From an uncultured Hyphomonas sp. (lineage in GTDB: Bacteria > Pseudomonadota > Alphaproteobacteria > Caulobacterales > Hyphomonadaceae): a stretch of 38,924 nt of DNA. The notes under the pieces were generated by a model. It had not been told where the DNA came from and made no database searches. It saw only the letters and a list, made by a program, of their open reading frames with translations. Positions 1 to 9,110 of the stretch are shown here, piece after piece (position 1 is the first letter of the stretch; each line of letters opens with the position of its first letter). The position numbers and the translations under genes are program-made. The DNA is taken from the NCBI GenBank assembly GCA_964643565.1, contig CAZXTI010000001.1:1-38924 (forward strand). The letters are read 5' to 3'.

Positions 1-133
1 CATGATCCGCTATGAAGCAGAACTTGGAGATGGTGAACACACACGCACGGCGCGCGATATTTGGACGTTCAAACACGACGTCAACAGCTCAGACCCGAAC
101 TGGTTGTTGGATGATGTGGAAACCGCTTCTTAA
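1..133 (+). CDS. C-terminal fragment of a Tim44-like domain protein (5' end outside window)
   Basis: The frame is open from the window edge (codons from nt 2) to TAA at 131-133. The tail DIWTFKHDVNSSDPNWLLDDVETAS resembles the W-x-F...DPNW C-terminus of bacterial Tim44-like proteins, which often precede mltA in alphaproteobacteria. Confidence 0.5.
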   Translation, partial: MIRYEAELGDGEHTRTARDIWTFKHDVNSSDPNWLLDDVETAS

Positions 134-160
134 TCAAAGCGCGCGCAAAGCTACACAATC

Positions 161-1492
161 ATGAATATAAATGTCCCCTTCCCCGCGCAGCCGGTCCGGC
201 ATAGCTTTCCTTGGAAAGCTCTTTTTATGGTCACTGCTTTGGGCAGCCTTGCAGCGTGTGTCACACCTACACAGCCGACTGAGCCTGTTATAGATGCCTC
301 CGCGCAGATACCCGATGAGCCAATACCGGAGATCGATCCCTTTTCCCCTCCGGTGGAAGCCTTAAGCGAACCTGCGCCGCTGCCAGTCAAGCGGCCCGCC
401 AGTTTCAATGAATTGCCCGGCTGGGACACAGCCATGCTGACGCCCGCCATTGAAGCCTTTGCGCGGTCATGTGCGCGCTGGCAGGCGCTGCCAGATGATG
501 CGCCGGTTTCAAAACGGGCCTCTTATGCTGGCCTTGCTGGCGACTGGCGCCCAGCTTGCGCCGCCATGGATGTCGTGCGTGATGCAGATAGTGCCCGGCA
601 AGTGTTTGAAGCCTTGTTTACCCCCATTCAGGTTCTCGCCGTGCCGGATAAGGCCCGCTTTACCGGATATTTCGAACCGGAAATACAGGCCAGCCGCACA
701 CCTGTCTTTCCCTATACGCAAGCTGTGCCCGGCCTGCCGCTTGATCTGGTACAGGTTGACGGCGGACAAATTGGCGGACGCCGCGGCCAAACTGTGCCAG
801 CGCAAAGGTCACCAAACGGCGCGCTGCGTCCCTATCCGCCGCGTGCAGAGATTGTAGATAATCCTGAAAACGTGCTTGGCTATGCCCATCCTGCCGATGT
901 CTTCTTTCTCCAGATACAAGGGTCTGGGCGCTTGCGGTTTGATGATGGATCGGTTCTGCGCGCTGCCTATGCTGCGCATAATGGTCAGCCTTTCAAATCG
1001 ACGGCAAATCATCTCATCGCAACCGGGAAAATCACGCGCGGCCAAGCATCAATGCAAGGTATTCGTGCGTGGATGGACAGTGTCTCACGCGAAGAAGCGC
1101 AAGCCGCCATGAACGCCAATCCGCGCTTTGTTTTCTTCCGCCCATTGGAAATCGGTGATGCAGAGCTTGGGCCTGTTGGTGCGCAATCTGTTCCCTTAAC
1201 CCCGCTCGGCTCAATGGCTGTCGACACAAATATCCATGCACTCGGCGTACCGTTTTTCGTGCAGACGACCGCGCCCGGCCTTGGCGGTGACTGGTCTGGT
1301 GTTCTGGTGGCGCAAGATACTGGCGGCGCGATCAAGGGGCGTGTACGCGGGGACATATATTATGGCACGGGCGCAGATGCTGGTGCACGCGCTGGAACAC
1401 AAAATGCACCCGGCCGCATGTGGGCCTTCCTGCCGCGCGCTGTGGCAACGGCAATCCTCGGGCCAGATGAAAACCGCGCTGTCGGAGAATAG
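161..1492 (+). CDS. mltA: Membrane-bound lytic murein transglycosylase A (lipoprotein)
   Basis: 443-aa ORF with lipobox LAAC after a hydrophobic N-terminus and a Pro-rich linker. MltA/3D-domain motifs are present (GYFEPE, FFLQIQGSG, AVDTNIHALG, AQDTGGAIKGRVRGDIYYG). Confidence 0.85.
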   Translation: MNINVPFPAQPVRHSFPWKALFMVTALGSLAACVTPTQPTEPVIDASAQIPDEPIPEIDPFSPPVEALSEPAPLPVKRPASFNELPGWDTAMLTPAIEAFARSCARWQALPDDAPVSKRASYAGLAGDWRPACAAMDVVRDADSARQVFEALFTPIQVLAVPDKARFTGYFEPEIQASRTPVFPYTQAVPGLPLDLVQVDGGQIGGRRGQTVPAQRSPNGALRPYPPRAEIVDNPENVLGYAHPADVFFLQIQGSGRLRFDDGSVLRAAYAAHNGQPFKSTANHLIATGKITRGQASMQGIRAWMDSVSREEAQAAMNANPRFVFFRPLEIGDAELGPVGAQSVPLTPLGSMAVDTNIHALGVPFFVQTTAPGLGGDWSGVLVAQDTGGAIKGRVRGDIYYGTGADAGARAGTQNAPGRMWAFLPRAVATAILGPDENRAVGE

Positions 1493-1504
1493 GCGAGAAA
1501 CCTC

Positions 1505-2056
1505 ATGCCGAAGCGCCCGCTAAAGCCCGAAGAGAAACGTGCATGGGCGCGCGTTGCCAAAACCGTTCGTCCAAGGCCCGGGCAAACACCTCCGGCCATG
1601 CTCCCTTTGGATGCAGCCGATCCGGCCGCGCCAGCTGGGCAAAAAACATCACACGCAAAAAACAGCCCTACCCGCAATATTTCGCAAAAAAGCACGCACA
1701 AACCCGCGCGCCGCGCGCCTTCTACCCCTGCCCCTATTCCAAACCGTGGCCGGGAACGACGCATTCGCCGTGGACAGGCAACCATCTCTGCAACACTCGA
1801 CTTGCATGGACACACTCAAGACAGCGCGCAATCTCAGCTTTTGCGTTTCCTCAGTCGTCACCAACACGTCGGTGCGCGCTGTGTACTGGTAATCACTGGC
1901 AAGGGGCGTCTCGGTGAAGGCGTCCTCAGACGGCAATTGTTCAGATGGCTCGGCACGCCTGATGCACGAAGCCTTGTCAGCGGATATGCCGAGGCCCACC
2001 GCAAACATGGCGGATCGGGCGCATGGTATATTTTCCTCAAAAAAACCGGCGGCTAA
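1505..2056 (+). CDS. Smr (MutS2-related small nuclease) domain protein
   Basis: 183-aa ORF with a basic, Pro-rich N-terminal half. The C-terminal Smr domain shows LDLHGHTQDSAQ...VLVITGKG...GGSGAWYIFLKK. The mltA-smr order is conserved in alphaproteobacteria. Confidence 0.8.
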   Translation: MPKRPLKPEEKRAWARVAKTVRPRPGQTPPAMLPLDAADPAAPAGQKTSHAKNSPTRNISQKSTHKPARRAPSTPAPIPNRGRERRIRRGQATISATLDLHGHTQDSAQSQLLRFLSRHQHVGARCVLVITGKGRLGEGVLRRQLFRWLGTPDARSLVSGYAEAHRKHGGSGAWYIFLKKTGG

Positions 2057-2088
2057 AAAATACGCGCCGAACCCCAAGGCTCGGCGCG
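2055..2088 (-). terminator. Rho-independent terminator downstream of the TraB/GumN gene
   Basis: An 8-bp GC stem (CGCGCCGA 2063-2070 pairing with TCGGCGCG 2081-2088) has a 10-nt loop. On the minus strand it is followed by a T run (A run 2055-2060 on the plus strand). Confidence 0.5.
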
Positions 2089-2113
2089 CATATTATCTGT
2101 CTAAATTTCTGGC

Positions 2114-3088
2114 TTATTCTGGGCCGGAAATCTCGTGGCCTTCAGCGCGCAGCATGGTGATCACGCTGTCATCGCCAGCCAAATGTCCTGAACCAACCGC
2201 AACGAACACTGTGCCTGGCTCATCCAACATGGCTTCGATCTGCGGCACCCAATTCTTGTTGCGCTGAACCAAGAGCGCATCATAGGCCTCTTCCCCGCCA
2301 ATCGCGTCTGGGTTTGAGATGATTTCACCTAGTCCGGCAACATCGCCGTCGGCCCACTCATCAACAAGTGAATCGAGCATGTCTGCGCCCAAATCGACCG
2401 TTTGCGAAGCAAAGACGAGACCCTCGACCTGATCTTCCATATCCGCACCTGCAAGAATATTGAGCTGATCTTCAGCCGTTTCTAAATAACCCAACGTCTT
2501 ACCGGCGGTTTTGGCCTCAGCGACCAATACCTGCTCGACCCCAGATTCTGGATTATAGCCTGCTTTGGTAATTTGGGCGATTTGCATCTGCAAACCCACC
2601 ATCCAGGGCTTTAACTGTTGAAGCGCGCCAAGCGGTGCACCAAGCGTCGACTGCAATGCGGCTTCAACAACCGCTTCATCCTCATCATCAATAACGTCGT
2701 TAAGCTTTTTTCCATCCGTAAACACCGCCAATTGGCCAACCAGAGCGGTCATTTGCTGCTGTGCTTCAGGGCTATCAGTGTCTGCTTCCAAGACCAATCT
2801 GTCTGCGCTGGCAAAGGCTGCATCGATGGTCTCATTGCGCCACTCCGTTTCCGGGCGCAAAAGGTGCACTGTGCCGAATATATGTACCGTCGTGTCCTCA
2901 TCGCTCAGCGTCCAAAGCGCTGGTGAACCGGGACCGCTCGTCTCTTCGGCCCGCTCAATACTCGCTTGCAAGCTAGCAAGGACGTCTTCCGTGGATGGTT
3001 TCTCATCCTCTGCAACAGCAGAACCGGCGATCATAGCCAAACCCGCCAGCATGGCACCAAGTTTGAGAGATTTTTTTGTCACTGACAT
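2114..3088 (-). CDS. TraB/GumN family protein (secreted/periplasmic)
   Basis: 324-aa ORF with an N-terminal signal peptide (LGAMLAGLAMIAGSAVA). It has the family signature PALWTLSDEDTTVHIFGTVHLL and a C-terminal VAVGSGHLAGDDSV. Confidence 0.75.
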   Translation of the reverse strand: MSVTKKSLKLGAMLAGLAMIAGSAVAEDEKPSTEDVLASLQASIERAEETSGPGSPALWTLSDEDTTVHIFGTVHLLRPETEWRNETIDAAFASADRLVLEADTDSPEAQQQMTALVGQLAVFTDGKKLNDVIDDEDEAVVEAALQSTLGAPLGALQQLKPWMVGLQMQIAQITKAGYNPESGVEQVLVAEAKTAGKTLGYLETAEDQLNILAGADMEDQVEGLVFASQTVDLGADMLDSLVDEWADGDVAGLGEIISNPDAIGGEEAYDALLVQRNKNWVPQIEAMLDEPGTVFVAVGSGHLAGDDSVITMLRAEGHEISGPE

Positions 3089-3233
3089 TGGGGAACCCTT
3101 CTAAATAATATCTATATATGTGCGCCATCACAGTAAGAGAGGCAAGAAAGCGCCTACTACAAATAAGCACATTTTATCGATTTTCAACAAATTATTTTTT
3201 CAGAGCCTTGCGCTGGGAAGCCTCATCGGCCAA

Positions 3234-3797
3234 ATGACTAATATGACTCACCAAAACACCCACGGCACCGCCCTCTGGTACGGCACCACTATTCTCGCGG
3301 TTCGAAAAGCAGGCAAACTCTGCGTCATTGGCGACGGCCAAGTCTCAATGGGCCAGACCGTTATGAAGGGCAATGCGCGCAAAGTGCGCCGGATTGCTGG
3401 CGGCGATGTCATTGCCGGATTTGCCGGCGCAACCGCAGACGCCTTCACCCTGTTTGAACGGCTGGAAGAAAAGCTGGAACGCTTCCCCGGCCAGCTTCAG
3501 CGCGCCGCCGTTGAGCTTGCCAAGGACTGGCGCACGGAAAAATACCTGCAAAAGCTGGAAGCCCTGCTCATCGTCGCGGACAAGGACACCACCCTCGTCA
3601 TCACCGGCATGGGCGATGTGTTGGAACCTGAACATAATGTCGTGGCGATTGGATCTGGCGGCAATTACGCGCAAGCTGCTGCGCTCGGCATATTGGAATA
3701 TGAAGACGACGCGGAAACCATTGGCCGAAAAGCCATGCAAATCGCCGCCAATATCTGCGTTTATACAAATGACGCGTTTACTGTGGAACTGCTTTAA
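3234..3797 (+). CDS. hslV: ATP-dependent protease subunit HslV
   Basis: The ORF track opens at GTG 3120, but conserved sequence begins near ATG 3234 ([28 protein letters not shown]...GDGQVS). The catalytic TT follows a short propeptide, as in alphaproteobacterial HslV. Confidence 0.9.
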   Translation: MTNMTHQNTHGTALWYGTTILAVRKAGKLCVIGDGQVSMGQTVMKGNARKVRRIAGGDVIAGFAGATADAFTLFERLEEKLERFPGQLQRAAVELAKDWRTEKYLQKLEALLIVADKDTTLVITGMGDVLEPEHNVVAIGSGGNYAQAAALGILEYEDDAETIGRKAMQIAANICVYTNDAFTVELL

Positions 3798-3811
3798 TGT
3801 GAGGGACTGAG

Positions 3812-4894
3812 ATGAACCGGAGGGATATAGAAGAGGCGCGCTTGGCGGGCATATTGGATGATGCCAAAGCGGCTGAATTGACCGCATTCTTGAAATCCCG
3901 CGCGGATCCGGGTGCAAGTTCCGATGACGAATCGCTGCGCTTCCTGACAAATTTCAATGACATCTTCATTTCAATCGGCATCGTCATTCTGACGGTTGGC
4001 TTGGCCATGGTCTCTGGCGCGATGTTTGGCACCACCGGAAACGCCATTGTAATGATCTTGCCGATCATTATCGTGCTCTGGCTTATGCTGGAATATTTCG
4101 CCGGACGCCGCCGCCTTCTCCTGCCCAGCATGACGCTAACCGTCATGATCACCCTCCAATTCACCCTCTTAACCGCGCTGGTCGCCAATGGCCTGGGCTC
4201 AGTAGACAGTGCCGCGGCGACATTTGGGACTGATTTTGGTGAGAACTTTAAAACGATCAAAGGCGTTGCCCTCTGGTCGGCTGGCGGAGCGATTATCGCG
4301 ACGGGGCTGATTTATGCCCGCTTCCGGTTGCCCTTCGCCCTATTCCTGATTGCTGTGGCGGTTGCCATTGGCCTCTATGTCGAAGTTTTCACCAATGGCA
4401 ATGTCAGCTCGATCTATGGCGGCAGCGCAAGCTTTCTGATCGGCCTTGCCACACTTGCCGTCGCCGTCTTCTTCGATGCGCAGGATCCGGCGCGCCAGAC
4501 GCTGAGCTCGGACAATGCATTCTGGCTTCATCTGGCTGCTGCGCCGCAAATCATGCTCGGCCTGCGCGCCATCTTCTCAGGCGGCACTTATAGCTCCTTG
4601 TCTGCGGGCGAAGCGGTGCCTTTGCTGATTGCCCTTTTCGCCTTCGGCATCTTGTCACTCGCGCTCAATCGCCGGGCATTGATTGCCGCCGGACTGCTAA
4701 GCTTCTGGGTCGCCTTTAATGCCATTTCCGATGGTGCGACAAGCGGGATCTGGCAAATTGCAATCCCGCTCCTGCTGCTCGGCGGCGGCATTGTGCTGCT
4801 CGGCGCGGGCTGGAAAACGGCGCGCAGATTAGTCCTTGCCTTTGTGCCACAATCTGGCATTTTCGCGCGAATTTTTCCTCCTGAACCTGCTTAA
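3812..4894 (+). CDS. Polytopic inner-membrane protein of unknown function, located between hslV and hslU
   Basis: 360-aa ORF with RBS GAGGGA upstream of ATG 3812. A soluble N-terminus (MNRRDIEEARLAGILDDAKAAELTAFL) is followed by about 9 hydrophobic segments. I recognise no family with certainty (possibly DUF2157-like). Confidence 0.6.
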   Translation: MNRRDIEEARLAGILDDAKAAELTAFLKSRADPGASSDDESLRFLTNFNDIFISIGIVILTVGLAMVSGAMFGTTGNAIVMILPIIIVLWLMLEYFAGRRRLLLPSMTLTVMITLQFTLLTALVANGLGSVDSAAATFGTDFGENFKTIKGVALWSAGGAIIATGLIYARFRLPFALFLIAVAVAIGLYVEVFTNGNVSSIYGGSASFLIGLATLAVAVFFDAQDPARQTLSSDNAFWLHLAAAPQIMLGLRAIFSGGTYSSLSAGEAVPLLIALFAFGILSLALNRRALIAAGLLSFWVAFNAISDGATSGIWQIAIPLLLLGGGIVLLGAGWKTARRLVLAFVPQSGIFARIFPPEPA

Positions 4895-4912
4895 CTCCCG
4901 GACACATATTTC

Positions 4913-6220
4913 ATGACCGTACTCACCCCGCGCGAGATCGTCGCCGAACTTGATCGCCATATTGTTGGCCAGACACAAGCCAAGCGCGCTGTGGCCATCG
5001 CCCTGCGCAATCGCTGGCGCCGTAAACAGGCAGACCCGGCCATCCGCGATGAGATCACGCCGAAGAATATCCTGATGATCGGGCCGACCGGTGTTGGCAA
5101 AACCGAAGTGTCGCGGCGTCTGGCAAAGCTCGCCAATGCGCCCTTCCTGAAGGTTGAGGCCACCAAGTTTACCGAGGTCGGCTATGTCGGGCGAGACGTG
5201 GAGCAGATCATCCGCGATCTTGTAGAAGCGGCGATCAGCACCGCACGCGAAGCACGGCGCAAAGCGGTCGAGGATGAAGCTGTAACGGCGGCTGAAGACC
5301 GTCTGATCGATGCGCTCGTCGGGGCAGACGCGCAAAGCTCCACCAAGGAAGTTTTCCGCCGCAAGCTACGCGATGGCGAACTTGACGATAAGCCGCTGGA
5401 TATCGACCTTGCTGAAACGGGCGGGCCGCAAATGATGGACCTTGGCGGCGGCATGGGCGGCAGTCAGCTCGGCATGATCAATCTCTCGGACATGCTCGGC
5501 AAAGCCATGGGCGGACGCAACAAACGTGTACGGACGACTGTTGCAGAAGCCTATAAGCCCCTGCTCGAAGAAGAGGCTGACAAGCTGATTGATGAAGACG
5601 CGATCATCCGTGAAGCCGTGCGCACCACCGAAGAAGACGGGATCGTCTTCCTGGACGAGATCGACAAAGTCGCCGCCAAATCAGGGCGCGGCGGGGCTGA
5701 TGTCAGCCGCGAAGGTGTCCAGCGCGACCTCCTCCCCCTGATTGAAGGCACGACAGTAACCACAAAGCGCGGCGCGGTAAAAACCGACCATATCCTGTTC
5801 ATTGCGTCTGGCGCGTTTCACGTCTCCAAACCCTCTGACCTCTTGCCGGAGCTGCAAGGCCGTCTGCCAATCCGTGTCGAGCTTGATGCGCTCAGCCGCA
5901 ATGATATGCGCCGCATTCTGGTCGAACCGGAAGCGAGCCTCATCAAACAACATGAAGCGCTGATGAAGGCTGAAAATGTCACCCTCACCTTCACCGAAGA
6001 TGCGATCGACACGCTTGCCGATCTCGCTGTGAAGGTGAATGACACGGTAGAGAATATCGGTGCACGCCGCTTACAGACTGTGCTGGAACGCCTGCTCGAT
6101 GAAATCTCATTCGACGCTTCAGAAAAATCCGGCGAGACGATCAACATTGATGCCGCCTATGTCACCGAAAAAGTCGCAGAACTTGCAGGCGACAGCGACC
6201 TCTCAAAGTTTATCCTTTAA
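4913..6220 (+). CDS. hslU: ATP-dependent protease ATPase subunit HslU
   Basis: 435-aa ORF with [20 protein letters not shown], Walker [10 protein letters not shown], Walker [10 protein letters not shown] and C-terminal DLSKFIL. Confidence 0.95.
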   Translation: MTVLTPREIVAELDRHIVGQTQAKRAVAIALRNRWRRKQADPAIRDEITPKNILMIGPTGVGKTEVSRRLAKLANAPFLKVEATKFTEVGYVGRDVEQIIRDLVEAAISTAREARRKAVEDEAVTAAEDRLIDALVGADAQSSTKEVFRRKLRDGELDDKPLDIDLAETGGPQMMDLGGGMGGSQLGMINLSDMLGKAMGGRNKRVRTTVAEAYKPLLEEEADKLIDEDAIIREAVRTTEEDGIVFLDEIDKVAAKSGRGGADVSREGVQRDLLPLIEGTTVTTKRGAVKTDHILFIASGAFHVSKPSDLLPELQGRLPIRVELDALSRNDMRRILVEPEASLIKQHEALMKAENVTLTFTEDAIDTLADLAVKVNDTVENIGARRLQTVLERLLDEISFDASEKSGETINIDAAYVTEKVAELAGDSDLSKFIL

Positions 6221-6248
6221 GGGCCGTCTGGTTGGGACGGCCCTTATT
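6221..6248. terminator. Hairpin terminator between the convergent hslU and membrane-protein genes
   Basis: GGGCCGTC (6221-6228) pairs with GACGGCCC (6236-6243) around a 7-nt loop, followed by TTATT. It lies immediately after the hslU stop. Confidence 0.5.
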
Positions 6249-6262
6249 GGCGGACAAGCCGA

Positions 6263-6862
6263 TCAGTCGTCGCTTCGCACGCTGAGAAGGCACAGCGCCA
6301 AAAGCAATGTGGCCGCAACGCCTGAGCCTCCGGCAACAGGGCTCGGAAGGAAGCCCCGCAGCCCGAACATCATAACCAATGTATTCGCGCCCAAAGCCAG
6401 CGCACCAACCAAGGCCGTCACGCCGCCTAGAAGTTTGTTGCCATCCTTCAACTTGGCCATGCCGAACACAATCGCGGCCAAGCCGAGCAGAATTTTTGCT
6501 GCATTATATCCAAAGAAAGAGAAGGCCACGACCGAAAACGCAACCCCGGCGAGCTCAGGGTTTGCCCCTGCCGCTTCGCGAAATGGACCGAATTGGGTCA
6601 AGCCCACGCCTACTTGTATCACATTGAGCACGGCGCAAAATGCGATCGCGGAAAAGCCCAGCGAATAACGTTTCGCCATGACCAGCGCCGAACCCGCAAA
6701 AGCGGCCAGCATTACAAATAGAAGCCCTTCCAGTCCCCAAATGACTTGCCGGTCAATTTCGGGCGCATACCGATATAGGACTGTATAGATCGGTTGCGAA
6801 ATCGCTGCCAGTAATAGCAGGACACCAACAATTTTAACGGTGCGGTCTTGTGAGAGTTCCAT
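6263..6862 (-). CDS. Hypothetical multi-pass membrane protein
   Basis: The ORF extends to 6919, but ATG 6862 (MELSQDRTVKIV...) has the RBS AAGGAAACA. About 6 hydrophobic helices. No recognised family. Confidence 0.55.
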   Translation of the reverse strand: MELSQDRTVKIVGVLLLLAAISQPIYTVLYRYAPEIDRQVIWGLEGLLFVMLAAFAGSALVMAKRYSLGFSAIAFCAVLNVIQVGVGLTQFGPFREAAGANPELAGVAFSVVAFSFFGYNAAKILLGLAAIVFGMAKLKDGNKLLGGVTALVGALALGANTLVMMFGLRGFLPSPVAGGSGVAATLLLALCLLSVRSDD

Positions 6863-7043
6863 ATGTGTTTCCTTAGACAAAGGTGACGCTAGCCAGAAAT
6901 GTGCGAGCGCAAAACGCAAAGCTATAACCAGTCGGCCAAAAGCTCAATGGAAGCTTCCGCGCGGTAGAATCCGTGATGTCGAGCGCACACGTTTTGACAC
7001 ATCAATTATTCTGGCAGATCATGATGGCGAGCGGGAGGAACCT

Positions 7044-7481
7044 ATGGACGAATGTACGACAGAGGCGAAGCGCAGCACAGGCTGGGGTTTTTGGATTATT
7101 GGCGGGCTGGCTTTGGTGTGGAATGGTATTGGCACAGTATTATGGGGCGGTACGAGTTTCATGCCGGATATTTTTCTTGAAGGACAGCCTACGGCCTATA
7201 TTGATTATGTTTCCAACTTGCCGGGCTGGGTTGGTTGGAGCTGGGGGCTGGGTGTCGTTGGAGGCGTCGCTGGATCCCTTTTCTTGCTCTTACGCAATAA
7301 GTTAGCCGTCCCATTATTTGCGCTTTCATTGCTTAGCGCCGTTGTGAACCAGGCTGCATATTTCACGAATCCCCCACCAGATGGATTTCTCAATATGCCA
7401 TTGGTCGTGTTCATTATCGTGTGCGCAATATTCTTGCTGTGGTTTTCGATTTCGATGAAGCGCCGTGGGGTATTGTGTTGA
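7044..7481 (+). CDS. Hypothetical small membrane protein (about 4 TM)
   Basis: The track ORF starts at 6840, which overlaps the divergent gene. ATG 7044 is preceded by GGGAGGAA (MDECTTEAKRSTGWGFWIIGG...). Trp/Gly-rich hydrophobic segments. Confidence 0.55.
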   Translation: MDECTTEAKRSTGWGFWIIGGLALVWNGIGTVLWGGTSFMPDIFLEGQPTAYIDYVSNLPGWVGWSWGLGVVGGVAGSLFLLLRNKLAVPLFALSLLSAVVNQAAYFTNPPPDGFLNMPLVVFIIVCAIFLLWFSISMKRRGVLC

Positions 7482-7549
7482 GATTGTGCCTTGCCCGGAT
7501 GGTTGATTGGCAGCAATTGATGCGGGCTTACCAGTAGGCAGCCTACATC

Positions 7550-7575
7550 TTAAGCCGCGCTTAAGCGGATTTTAA
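7550..7575. promoter_or_regulatory. Three TTAA motifs phased at 11 bp (two overlapping TTAA-N7-TTAA, CtrA-box-like)
   Basis: Sequence cTTAAgccgcgcTTAAgcggattTTAAgc has TTAA at 7550, 7561 and 7572. The first two lie in a perfect 7-bp palindrome (CTTAAGC cgc GCTTAAG, 7549-7565). The element sits about 50 bp upstream of ATG 7623. Confidence 0.4.
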
Positions 7576-7622
7576 GCACGCCGCGCTATACCCTTTTCGA
7601 AATGATAGGGAGACTGATTGTT

Positions 7623-8054
7623 ATGCGGTTGAATACTGAGTTTTTAGGTAAGTCTGTCGCCGCGGCGGTTTTGGCAATTTCGTCTCTTTCGGCTTGCGGG
7701 TCGAAGGTTGAGCCTGTGAAGCCAAGCGTTGAACAACAAGCTTCATTGGACCGACTTTACAAAAGATGTGGACCCGCAGAAGCAACAACGCCGGCAAAAA
7801 AGCTGAAAAATCTGGCCCGGCTTAGAAAGCCCGACATTTATTTTACATGCGATGACATGAAACAGCTTTGCGAAACCGATTATGCAAATGAGCGTTGTCA
7901 GGGCATGATAACCGTTGCCTCTATTGAAGCTGCTTTTCACAAAGCCTGTCGGACAGGTAACAAACCGTCTGCATGTAACAAAGTAGACGCTTGCAATGCA
8001 AATGGGTTTGAATCGCCTGAGTGCTTAAGCGCAATTAAGCCTTATAATCGGTGA
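7623..8054 (+). CDS. Cysteine-rich lipoprotein, unknown function
   Basis: The ORF opens at 7602, but ATG 7623 has RBS GGGAGA 9 nt upstream. Signal peptide with lipobox LSAC. The mature part has 8 further Cys residues. GC is lower than in neighbouring genes. Confidence 0.6.
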   Translation: MRLNTEFLGKSVAAAVLAISSLSACGSKVEPVKPSVEQQASLDRLYKRCGPAEATTPAKKLKNLARLRKPDIYFTCDDMKQLCETDYANERCQGMITVASIEAAFHKACRTGNKPSACNKVDACNANGFESPECLSAIKPYNR

Positions 8055-8107
8055 TAGGCATTTAGCAGGCCCGCCAAAACGGACATGTCGCACTAATTCG
8101 CTTATTA

Positions 8108-8437
8108 CTAGGCCGCCACCTCATCGCGCACAACATGCGCTTGTCCCCAATCAAACAAATGGCTGAGGACAGGCGCGAGGGCTTTGCCTTGCGCAGTTAA
8201 GCGATAGTCATAACGTCCTTTGGCGTAAGGTTCTTTAGCGAGCACGCCCGCCTCGACCAATTTCGCCAGTCTTTCAGCCAGAACATGCCGGGTCAGGCCA
8301 AGGCTTTGCTGAAAAGCATCAAAGCGCGTCTTGCCGAGGAAGCAGTCGCGCAGGATCAAAAGCGTCCATCTATCCCCAACCACGGAAAGACTGCGCGCAA
8401 TCGGACACGTATCAGATTTCAGATCAGACCATTTCAT
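8108..8437 (-). CDS. HxlR-family transcriptional regulator
   Basis: 109-aa ORF with the signature CPIARSLSVVGDRWTLLILRD. It is divergent from a thioredoxin-fold gene, which is a typical pairing. Confidence 0.85.
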   Translation of the reverse strand: MKWSDLKSDTCPIARSLSVVGDRWTLLILRDCFLGKTRFDAFQQSLGLTRHVLAERLAKLVEAGVLAKEPYAKGRYDYRLTAQGKALAPVLSHLFDWGQAHVVRDEVAA

Positions 8438-8490
8438 AGTGATTGTTTTTACACAGAAAACCTAATAAGTTCCAAATTAGAACGTTTAAA

Positions 8491-9099
8491 ATGGAACTTG
8501 CGAGGCCCAAATTGGCGAAATCATTCCAGTTTTTCTACGATTACACGTCCCCCACAGCATATATTGGCGATTATGCCGCTCGCGCCGTGGCTCAGCGAAC
8601 CGGCGCGGAAATGATCTATCAGCCAATATTTCTTGGCGGTGTGATGCAGGCGACTGGCAATCGTCCACCGGGCATGGTTGAGGCGAAGGCCAAATATATG
8701 GGCAAAGATGTCCCCCGCTGCGCGGCCCGTTATGGCCTGCCCTTTGGGTTCAACCCCTTCTTCCCGCTCAAGACCCTTACCCTATTGCGGGCAAGCTTAG
8801 GGCTGGAAGGCGAAGACCTCGCCAAATTCCGCGACGCCTGCTGGAGCCATATCTGGGGCGAAGATGGGCATAAAAACCTTGGCGAGCCGGATGAGATCAA
8901 AGCCATGTGCGCCAAGATCGATATGGATGGCGACAAAATCGTCGCTATGGGCAAGGATGAGGCACTGAAAGCCAAACTCATTGCCAACACGGAAGAAGCC
9001 GTCGCGCGCGGCGCTTTTGGCGCGCCCACCTATTTTGTCGGCGAGGAGATGTTTTTCGGCCATGACAGGCTGGACTATGTGGAGAATTTAGTGGGCTAA
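8491..9099 (+). CDS. 2-hydroxychromene-2-carboxylate isomerase / DsbA-like thioredoxin-fold protein
   Basis: The likely start is ATG 8491 (MELARPKLAKSFQFFYDYTSPTAYI). The C-terminus is GAFGAPTYFVGEEMFFGHDRLDYVENL, typical of the HCCA isomerase family. Confidence 0.8.
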   Translation: MELARPKLAKSFQFFYDYTSPTAYIGDYAARAVAQRTGAEMIYQPIFLGGVMQATGNRPPGMVEAKAKYMGKDVPRCAARYGLPFGFNPFFPLKTLTLLRASLGLEGEDLAKFRDACWSHIWGEDGHKNLGEPDEIKAMCAKIDMDGDKIVAMGKDEALKAKLIANTEEAVARGAFGAPTYFVGEEMFFGHDRLDYVENLVG

Positions 9100-9110
9100 G
9101 GCGTGATCCG

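Noticed and set aside
3120-3233. N-terminal extensions offered by the ORF track for hslV (3120), the 7044 membrane protein (6840), the HCCA isomerase (8443), the 6263 membrane protein (to 6919) and DUF3052 (18221).
   Set aside because: The extensions overlap divergent genes or promoters and lack family-conserved sequence. The internal ATGs have better Shine-Dalgarno sequences.
3089-3233. Looked for a sigma-32 (RpoH) heat-shock promoter upstream of hslV.
   Set aside because: I found only a weak CTTG...CCAAAT-like arrangement, and it would place the TSS at or beyond the start codon. It is not convincing without TSS data.
5814-5829. parS-like sequence cGTTTCACGTctccaa inside hslU.
   Set aside because: Only the left arm matches (10/16), there is no palindrome, and it is far from the parAB/origin cluster. 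It is most likely chance.
8025-8038. TTAAgcgcaaTTAA near the 3' end of the Cys-rich lipoprotein gene, considered as another CtrA box.
   Set aside because: The spacer is 6 nt, not 7, so it does not fit TTAA-N7-TTAA. It is noted only as a relative of the upstream GCTTAAGCG palindrome.
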